DNA of 64,000 bases from Rhizophagus irregularis (taxonomy: Eukaryota): NCBI RefSeq assembly GCF_026210795.1, contig NC_089433.1, positions 620,001-684,000 on the forward strand, read 5' to 3'. The notes beneath the pieces were generated by a model. That model had not been told where the DNA came from, ran no database searches, and saw nothing but the letters and a program-made list of their open reading frames with translations. The position numbers and the translations under genes are program-made. Below are positions 55,201 through 64,000 of this stretch, piece after piece (positions within the stretch are counted from its first letter, which is position 1; each line of letters starts with the position of its first letter).

Positions 55201-58200
55201 GGGAAATCTTACCACGCCACCTCATGTTACACAGCCGATCACCGACCCACTTTCCCGAGCTACCCCTTATTCAGTTCGGACAGTTGTCATATTTCAAATA
55301 TAATTAATATACACGTAATAAACAATGCATATAACAAAAAATTAAACCTTTTTGTTTAGTGTTTTCTATACTTTTATTATAAGTCAACTTAAAACGTTGT
55401 ATATGATATAGCAACTGTAAATGTTAGAATATAGCGTTAGAATTATGGCGTTTTTGCTTTTTTGTAGGAGATAACGGGTAAATATTTTTTTATCATATAT
55501 TTGTTTTCCTTTTTGGTTTGAGATCTTTCTTTCCAAACTTTATTCGTAATATCCTTCAAATTTCTAACATCTTCATTATCAATAATTCTTTCTAGAGTTA
55601 ATTTTATTTTTTTATTCAAATTTCTGGCCTCGTCGTCTACTCCATCAGGTATATTTTCTGATAATCGTTTTATATTATTTGTTATAAATTCCATTTCATT
55701 TAAATTAGCAAGAATATTAGTAGCTGATACAATATATTCTTTGTTTTCATATAGCGGCGTCTTGTTTAATATTTAAAGAACCTGTTAGCATAGTTTCTTC
55801 GGGTTGAGACGAATAGACGCGTGATGGTGATGATGTAGATGGCGAAGTAGCCAATTCGTGGATTTGTGTATGTAAACATGAAGATTGAATTTCTTGAATG
55901 TAAATTTTAATGTAAGAAATATTTTTTCTTAACAAAATAACATGAATTATATAATATGAATTATAAATTTTATTAAATACCTGTATTATTTTGTATAGAA
56001 TTATTGTTGAAGTCTTTTTCATCAATACATTGATCTTTAATATATGATAATATCAATTTATTTTGATGGTCTTTTACTTTTTTAATTGCATCATCTCATG
56101 ATGGTAATGAAACGTAGGGTGATCGAGAAGGTGGTGATACTGAAGTTGTGATGATTGCAATCGATCTAAAGAACCGATGCTCTTAAATGTTTACAAGCAC
56201 CACCTCGTGATAAAAAATCCATACATTGACATTGAATTTTTGGAAGTTGAATAATATATATTTTTGGCTCAAATTGAGTTGATTTGTCTGAAAGTACATG
56301 AAGATATAATGATGTATAATTATATTCAACGTGAATTATTTTTTTTTCCCGCATATTCTTTTAGCTGCTTCGTCACGATTAATATCTGGTGTAAAATAAG
56401 CAATTTGCTTATAATGGTGTTCAAGTTGAATTTGATTAGTTGGTGAAAATGTATAATTTTGATATCTTTCAGTAAGTTGATTGTTGAGTCGTTTTTTTAG
56501 AGTTCTCTTTAAAAGAATATTAGGTGTAATACTTTTTATTGAAACAACTCCTAAAATATCCATTCGCAAAAGATAATTATTATTTTTGATATTTATGTAA
56601 TTGATGCGTTTTTAATAGATTATCAAAACTTTCAAGATGATTATTTGTTGTAGGTATTTTCTCTGGCAAAACTCCTAAGATATTAGCAGCAAAAATTCTT
56701 CCATATGCACACCATCCAATAGATAGATCTCCAGCCCAATAATCTCGAATATAATATACAAAATTTAACGCACTATGAATTACATTCAATTTAGATTTTG
56801 GAATATTATTTTGAATTTGATTCTATGAATTAAAAATAAATTTAATATAATATTGTGATTTTTAAAAAATTTAATATAATAAATTTATTTATAATATTTA
56901 CCTTTAAATGAATTTCAGTATTAGTAATTGTGTGAGTTATTTGATTAATATAAGAAGAGTCATTAACATTCTTTAAATTTTCAGTAAAATTTCTCAGAAA
57001 TTGGTATATCTCCTTTCTAAATGCTTTCTAAATGCCATGATTTCATGGCCACCATGATGTCCAAGAACGGCTTTTAACTTATCTTCCCAACTTTGAGAAA
57101 CGTGAAATAGACATAAGATTAAGTGAATGTCTGGCCAGACTTCAATTAAAGCTTTTCGTTCTTTATGATCACAATCTGTCATTGCAACCTAATAATTTTT
57201 AAAACAATAATAATATAAAATTAAAATACGTTAAAAGCAATATATTTTATAGCAATAAAATACCTTTTGAGTAAATTTATACCACTTTTCCTGCTCTAAT
57301 CTATGTTTATAATATAATAATAATTCCTTTAAAATTGTATGATTGTAGCTACTACTAGCTTTGTGTGTGCCTCCAGCTGCTGAAAAAAGCAAGTATCCAA
57401 TAGGTATTCCCTTATTCTGTTCGTCTAATACTAGTAGAACAAATAATAATATTTTTTTATTTGAAATAACAAAAGTTCCGTACAGATGCAGAATTTTATT
57501 ATGGCCAAGTTCCCATGCTAATTCTCGCTGTTCTTTAGTAGCTAAAACTTATATAAACCGATCATTTAATTCTTTTTGTTAAATTGTTGCTTCCATTATT
57601 TCATTATCTTTACTATCTGGCCCAAATAATTGGTCTATATTAATTTCTTCAGCTTTTTGCTTATCAATTCCCCAAAGAACTTTTGTCATTGAATTACGAA
57701 TATTTATAATATCTTGATTTGATAATAAATATCTTTCATTATCAATTAAAACTTTTCCCCCTAAATGTCTGTTTACATAGTGAGAAGGGTAAACATTTAT
57801 TTGTAATAAATTTTGAGCCATCAATTTAACTGTTTCATTTATACGAAGTGGTGGTGGTTGAACTGGTAGACAACGTTGACAATCTTCTAAATGATTTAGA
57901 TAACCAAATAAACTAATATACAGTCCTTCATGCTTCCTAATTCACACAAAAGCAAGACAACCAACAAACTCATATATTTTTCTTGTTTTTCGTGTTTTTG
58001 CTTGTGTTTAAACTCATATCACTTTCACAGCAGCATTGTAAAACATAAATTCCTTTAGCTTTATCACTATAATGTGTTTTCTACAGTCAAAGCTCGTTAT
58101 AGTGAATCTCGTTATAGTGAACATTAAGTAAAATCGCGTTATAGTGACCTATTGATTTTTTTCTTTATGATTAATTTCTCTCGATACAGTGAATTCTCTT

Positions 58201-58608
58201 AATAAATCTCGTTATAGTGAAAAAAGGGGAAAAAATTATATAGTGGAACGGAAAGTTCACTATGACGAGCTTTGACTGTATTTATGTTAAGGTAGAATAT
58301 TTTCTAATATAAGGTTATATTGTTGTAAAAAAACAACGGCATTTTCTTGCATATTATTACTCCATTGTAAGTTAATAAAGTTTGAAACTGGTAAACTATT
58401 AAGCTGTTCTTTTTGCTTTTGAGTTAATATTAAATGTGAAGGAATTTTTAATGACATTTTACAAAAAAAAAACTAACACAATTAGTCACTTTAGTGTTTG
58501 ACGCGTTTAAAAAAAAAAAAATGTTTAAATTGTTTAAAACTGTCCGAACTGAATAAGGAAAGTGGGTCAGTGATCGGCTGTGTAATATGAGGTGGTGTAA
58601 GATTTCCC
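55201..58608 (-). mobile_element. Mutator-like (MULE) DNA transposon with decayed transposase
   Basis: TIRs of 70-85 bp (gggaaatcttac...cacagccgatca...ttattcagttcggacagtt and its reverse complement at 58538-58608). Minus-strand fragments read MTDCDHKERKALIEVWPDIHLILCLFHVSQSW (MULE core D and CxxH), TTNNHLESF (catalytic E) and CQCMDFLSRGGACKHLRA (SWIM finger). No TSD seen. Confidence 0.88.
58084..58278. mobile_element. pogo/Tc1-type MITE inserted in the MULE transposase
   Basis: TA|CAGTCAAAGCTCGTTATAGTGAA ... TTCACTATGACGAGCTTTGACTG|TA, with internal cgttatagtga repeats. Confidence 0.9.
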
Positions 58609-58638
58609 GATTTTAGGTTACGCATAATTCCAAAAAAG

Positions 58639-59051
58639 GAGGTCGTCTAAAGCGGGGGCAAATCACGTGATTCGGTGTAATTTTAATTAGATTAATTTTT
58701 TATAAAGAAAGATTAATAGAAACTTTAAAATCATAATATAAGCGTATTTTTATCTGCTTTGCAAGTTTACTTAAGGAAAAAAAGTGGATTATGAATATTG
58801 TTTTTTACTTTACATATGAATGAACGAAACTTTGCCGATCATATCCAAAAATGGATAACGAAATTGAAAAAGTCAAATAAATCAAAAACAGCATTCAAAA
58901 CCCTACTCTGCGCTCTAAGTAAACTTGCAGAGCAGGCAAAAATGCATTTAGAATGTGTGTTTAGAATGGTTGAATATATGGTAAAAAGTTTTATTTTATG
59001 AAAACAATTTTTTTCGAAGTCACGTGATTTGCCCCTGCTTTAGACGACCTC
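58639..59051. mobile_element. MITE with TIRs of about 35 bp and an 8-10 bp TSD
   Basis: GAGGTCGTCTAAAGCGGGGGCAAATCACGTGA ... TCACGTGATTTGCCCCTGCTTTAGACGACCTC, flanked on both sides by caaaaaag (ccaaaaaagg if the ends are trimmed by 1 nt). Confidence 0.88.
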
Positions 59052-59582
59052 CAAAAAAGGAATTTATAGTTGCCCAAATTTCCATAAAAGGAAATTTTTT
59101 ACAGATCCTTTAATTCTGGCCGGAATTATGACATTTTTTTTATAATTTCTTTAAAAATTATATAATAAAAAATGTATAATAAGGTTTCAAAAAACTGTTG
59201 TATAAATGAAACTTTACAATAAAAACAAAAAAATCATTATTACTTATATTATATTATTTAATTTTACATTTTTTAAGTAATATATATTAACTGTTGATAT
59301 AGACAACAGGTAAATACTAGTTATATATCAAACTCATTTTATATTAAACCAAATTTACCAGAATGGAAGATTTATTATATCTAGAGTTAATTGTATTATA
59401 TATTTATATTTTACATTTATTTTATTATATTATAATTTATTAATTTATTTCATATTTATATTTATATTTTTTTTATTAAATAGAATAAATAATATATTAT
59501 TTAATTTAAAAATTTTATATTTTTTATTTTTTAATAATTTATTTTTATTTATTTTAAATTTTTCAGATTTTTATTATATCTA

Positions 59583-59717
59583 CTGTATTTGCCCAAAAAT
59601 AAGCAATTCCCGAAAATAAGCAACATGGCCTGCATTATAACAAATTTTAGTCCATATTATTAAAACTTGGCTGGCATTATGTGCAAAAACTTGTTGCTTA
59701 TTTTCAAGCAAATATGG
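59583..59717. mobile_element. Small TA-flanked MITE (CCGTA/CTGTA-ended, Tc2/pogo-like)
   Basis: TA|CTGTATTTGCCCAAAAATAAGCAA ... TTGCTTATTTTCAAGCAAATATGG|TA. Confidence 0.7.
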
Positions 59718-59733
59718 TATATATGGAATTTAA

Positions 59734-60531
59734 GAATAGAGTACACACCATAATTGATTTTAATAATCACGTGATGGCATATCAATTTTAAAGTAATACA
59801 AGAGAAGATCAATCTAATAAAAAATAGGCAACATGTGCTAAACCCTTTTCATACTTTTTGTGTAAGTTCTTTAAAACCAATAATATATGTTATATAAAAA
59901 TCAAAGTTCATTTCATTTTGTCAAAATACTTTAACGTTCGTATGAAGTTTAAGAAAACTGCCAATTTTTCAAAAAGTCTGCCAATTTTTTAGTTTGTTCT
60001 AAGTAACCATAACTAAAACTTTTATATTATATTAAAAACTATTATAGAAACCAAAAAAGTAAGTCTATTTTTTATTGTTTATTTCTTTAAAATGAAAAAA
60101 AAGAAAGAAAAAAATATAAATATAAATTACTATATAATATTATATATATATATGCCATATTATAAAAATAATTTTCTAAGTTAATAATATTGTTTTTTTA
60201 AATATATTAGATTGTAAAATACTATTTTAATGTGTTGAAACTGCTGGATTAATATATATAAATTTCAATATTAGTTTTAGGTTCTTTATTTTTATTTATA
60301 ATAGAACTATTGATTATAGATATTAATTTACTATAAAAAAGGTTTTTCAAAGAAGTAAATTAATTTTTATGGTATTTTTTATGAGGAAAATTTAGAGAAT
60401 TAATAAATTTAGATTAAAATTTTGTTTTTAAGTTCTTTTCGTTAGCATATGTCAAATTGCCAATCACTTGCCAATGACAATAATTAGTCACATTAACTAA
60501 TAAAAAAATGATTATATGGTGTACTCTATCC
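59734..60531. mobile_element. TTAA-flanked non-autonomous element (Kolobok-like)
   Basis: TTAA|GAATAGAGTACACACCATAAT ... ATTATATGGTGTACTCTATCC|TTAA. The purine-purine termini differ from the piggyBac CCY end. Confidence 0.7.
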
Positions 60532-60828
60532 TTAATATAATAAAAAATAGGTTGGAATATCAATATAATATAATTTATATTATATAATTAATTTGAAAAA
60601 TCATTAGTTCTAAAAAATTTTATAAAAAATTTGTTAGAGGTAGTAGTTTATTTTATGAATTTTTTTTATACATTGTTACCCCTAGTCACATGTAGAGTTA
60701 CACCTTACTACGCCGAAAAATTATGTAGAAAATTAGGATCTACTGGACCCAACTGTGCCAAGCTGACCTAGCCGCAGCCAACTTAGTCTATTATTTTTAT
60801 TATTTTTATTATATTAATTATATTTAAT

Positions 60829-61262
60829 GGTGGTGTAAAATTTCGATATATTACACTAAAAACGTAATATTACAAAAGTTTACGCTTTTAAATTTGAATA
60901 ATTATAGTAATTTAAAAATATCTCGCTATCTACTGATCCAATCAAGACGATCTATAGCTTATTGAAATCAGCTCATCAAGACAAATCGAATGGTAGTAAA
61001 TTCGCATTTCTACAGTTGATAGAACGTTCTATAGTATGCAATAAAGTTTTAAATTAATAGAAAGTTATCTATCAAACGTAAAGATACAATTTTACTACCA
61101 TTCGATTCGTCTTGATTAGCTGATTCCAATAAGCTATAGATCGTCTTGATTAGATCAGTAGATAGTGAGATATTCTTAAATTACTATAATTATTTAAATT
61201 TAAAAGCGTAAACTTTTGTAATATTACATTTTTAGTGTAATATTTTGAAATTTTACACCACC
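60829..61262. repeat. Long foldback palindrome (arms about 200 bp, short loop)
   Basis: ggtggtgtaaaatttcg...caatcaagacgatctatagcttattg...tcgaatggtagtaaa pairs with tttactaccattcga...caataagctatagatcgtcttgatt...aaattttacaccacc. Confidence 0.92.
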
Positions 61263-61287
61263 TTCGAAATATTATACTAAATTACGC

Positions 61288-61530
61288 CTAAACAAATTTC
61301 CTGATGTAATTGCTCTTATTACAATAGCTACATAGGTCATTATTTACCCCTGTAGGTTTAATTATCTTTATAGGTCTATTAATTACAAGCAGAGCACGCC
61401 CAGAGCTTCTTAGCTTTAAAGTGTGATTGACAACCTTCAGATCTAGTACTACGTCTGCAACAAATTTCACCAGTATTTTGAAGATGATGACAAATAAATT
61501 TTGCTTTCATTTTCTAGATGAATAAATAAT
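61288..61530 (-). pseudogene. Small Cys/His-rich zinc-finger-like ORF with one frameshift
   Basis: IHLENESKIYCHHLQNTGEICCRRSTRSEGCQSHFKAKKLWACSACN / RPIKIIKPTGVNNDLCSYCNKSNYIRKFV*. The frames join on removing about 4 bp near 61380. Confidence 0.6.
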
Positions 61531-61582
61531 TTTAATTAAATAAATCTATATGCAATATAGTAATATATATACTAATTACACA

Positions 61583-61963
61583 ATGAGTACACAAATTCAA
61601 TTAACAGAAAATAAGCCCACCTCCCAGGAAATTGAGCAGGCATTAATAAACATAATCAAAGCAGGACTCTATTATAGAAGACCAAAGGATGGCAAATTCA
61701 TGCAAAATTATAAAGAGAGAGTTAAGAAATTACGCTAAGCAGAAGACCTTGAAGAATATGTACTAAAGTTAGCCCAAACCATATTCCCTAATAAAGATAA
61801 ATATCATCAAATTATGGATGATTACAAATCATATTATGGAAAAGATTCAAAGATTCTTAATTCCATTATGGAACTATACAAGCTATACTATAGATTAGCT
61901 AAGGATTATTTTGTTATAGAAGCTAAAATTGATGAAGAAGCAGAAGACTTCCTTAATTCGTGA
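61583..61963 (+). pseudogene. 126-codon helical hypothetical ORF with one premature stop
   Basis: The frame continues past TAA 61736 as AEDLEEYVLKLAQTIFPNKDKYHQIMDDYKSYYG...AEDFLNS* to TGA 61961-61963. Confidence 0.6.
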
Positions 61964-63063
61964 GCACCTACTAAGGAGGCAATTCTGTATCAAAAGGAAT
62001 AATCATCAATTCTTCTTAAACAAAAGATCTTTCAGGATGTTTGAGTATATAATCATCATTATTAATTAACCCAAAGGGGACTTCTTCCAACCAGTATAAG
62101 ACCAGTTGATTTTTTTGCACCATAGATTGACGGATATGATAAATATGAGGTGACCAATTCAAATCACCAGTACGGTGTCTTCCACCCTTCAAATCACTAG
62201 AATATAGTAAATATCGAACAAGAACATTACCAGAAAGCTTCTCTTCATCAAAGTCTATGATAGGGCCATCCTGAGGATAAGAAGGCTTAGCTAAGACCTC
62301 TTCTTTCTCTATTGCATCAACAGGAGAAATACCAAGCTGGCATGTGATAGAATCATTAATATATTTGACAACAATAGGCAAATTTCTTACCCAAGTTCTA
62401 GATATCTTATTCATGTGTAAAGTTAAAAGGTTAGAGGCATTCTGAGATCGAAACAGATTTTTAGTTAAGTCTCCATTAAATTTTTCAGTAATACCTATAG
62501 TATTTTTAGATTTGGCCTTTTGAATTTTTACATTATACTCTCTCATTAATTTCTCACAATTGCCTCTAAACTCTGGACCCTTATCAGTTAAAAATGTTTC
62601 TGGCCAAACAAAAGGATACTCAGGATCATTATAGATTTTCTCAAGAGCTCTAGCAATAGTCTTTAAAGTTAAGATTCCCTGCCTATCTTTAACACTATAT
62701 GTACCAATAGGAATAGATACTTTATATTTTGAAGTCACATCCACCACATTAAGACAAAAAAGATAGGTAATCTGACCTACTTTATCATAAGGCATGTAGA
62801 AAACATCTGCCTGATGAACTTTATTAGGAGTGGTAATAGAGCAAAAACTTGCTTGAGGAATATATTTAGGACGAGGCTTATATATCTGATATACAGCCTG
62901 TCTTTCAAGCCAATCTTTCACTTCATCTAGAGTAAAATCATACCCATCTTTAAGAGATACTTCAAACAATTTTTTCGCATTTCTTTGGTAGCCAATAGGC
63001 TGGTAATAAATCTTCTGCAAAGCAATAAAAAAAATCAGGTTTTCGAGCTTCATCTGAATCTAT
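61953..63063 (-). CDS. rve-type DDE integrase resembling Polinton/Maverick integrases (3' end carries premature stops)
   Basis: VKDWLERQAVYQIYKPRPKYIP, PNKVHQADVFYMP (D1), LNVVDVTSKYK, FLTDKGPEFRG (D2), GITEKFN (E) and WSPHIY. No HHCC finger. The frame continues past the stop at 62016 as EELMIIPFDTELPP**VLTN*. Confidence 0.85.
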
Positions 63064-63080
63064 CTGAATAATAGGAATCA

Positions 63081-64000
63081 ATGGGGGTTAAGTAGGCATA
63101 TATTGATTTACTAGACAGCAATTTAGAATTGCGAATAAAGTTGACTAAAGAGGAACCTATTACCATTAGAAATAAGGAAAAGATTCGCAAGCTCACAAAT
63201 GATCTAGAGTGATGTGAGCTATATATCAAATATCTTGAAAAAAATCTTATTTCACAAGAGGATGAGATAGATAAATTAAAAGTAGAATACTACTCCATCT
63301 TACATAATCTCAAAAAATGTCAGAATAATTTAAAGCTAAAGGAAGAGGCATTAGTCGCTCAAGATAACCGAATCATTCTGCTAGAAGGTACAGTAAAAAA
63401 GCTCAAAAGCCAAATTCTCAAGATATCACATTTTCAAAATAACAGTAATAAACTTTCTGAAGAAGACGAACAAGAAAATATGGCACTGCAAGATATTTTA
63501 AGGAATGTTGGTACAGCTCTAGATCAGGTTGAAAATTATATTGATGGAGTGGATACAACATTTAATCCAAAAAATACTCTAAATGGAATACGGATCTCAT
63601 TAACAACTGTTCGTGATCATATGCAAAGGTATGCTCAAGATGCTATTAACTTACAAGGTTTACTCTATATAGCTAATGGGCAGATCAATAATCTTATGAA
63701 TGACTTAACAAATACTAGGAATGATGTATTTCAAAGAACTCAGTTGTTAAATTTAACATATAATAATGAGGCAAATGAACATCATCGTTGGTATCTGACT
63801 TGGCTGAATTCAATCGGGTATGGGTATTTAATCGATATCAAAAATGGAAGGCTAGGGAATTAAATTCGCGACAAATTATCTTAAATTTACAAAACAATCT
63901 TCTAGCAAACAAGGCGAATATGGCAGATGTAAACCAACTTTTAGGCCTACAATTGGCCTCCCTTCCATTTTATGATGGACAAAAAGAGCCAGATTCATAT
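63081..64000 (+). pseudogene. Coiled-coil + Gag-like ORF, disrupted and truncated by the window end
   Basis: ATG 63081 is in frame with ORF 63480 through two stops (TAG 63093, TGA 63210) and encodes a heptad-rich stretch. After a frameshift near 63795 it reads ...QIILNLQNN...MADVNQLLGLQLASLPFYDGQKEPDSY, similar to the F/YDGxxxP start of retrotransposon Gag capsid domains. Confidence 0.55.

Larger units (their letters stand above)
60674..64000. mobile_element. Left part of an unclassified integrase-encoding, virus-like element (continues beyond the window)
   Basis: Begins with TGTTACCCC at a compositional break. Tightly packed intronless ORFs in alternating orientation follow, including a DDE integrase and a Gag-like ORF. 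Confidence 0.65.

Noticed and set aside
60865..61227. Geminivirus nonanucleotide TAATATTAC at 60865 and 61219
   Set aside because: Part of a self-complementary AT-rich word in the foldback arms, 45 kb from Rep and not at a hairpin apex; likely chance.

Overview
Very AT-rich eukaryotic DNA with short GT-AG introns. Gene content (Sel1-repeat and BTB families, an ammonium transporter, many decayed transposons) points by inference to an arbuscular mycorrhizal fungus (Glomeromycotina, Rhizophagus-like). Host genes that can be reconstructed: a BTB/POZ protein, a Kelch-repeat single-pass membrane protein, a TGL2-like lipase, an ammonium transporter, a two-repeat Myb protein, an AT-hook-like ORF and a degenerate P-loop ATPase. 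Most of the rest is repeats: MITEs of several superfamilies, a Mutator-like transposon, an integrase relic, minisatellites and pseudogene fragments. Two virus-like items stand out. (1) A decayed but full-length geminivirus/genomovirus-type Rep (HUH endonuclease + GRS + SF3 helicase) at 14.66-15.77 kb, which the ORF track splits into three pieces. (2) From about 60.67 kb to the window end, a compact intronless element with alternating ORF orientation: Zn-finger ORF, small helical ORF, Polinton/Maverick-type DDE integrase, and a divergently oriented coiled-coil + Gag-like ORF. No rRNA, tRNA or CRISPR array was recognised. All family assignments come from motif recognition by eye; no searches were run.
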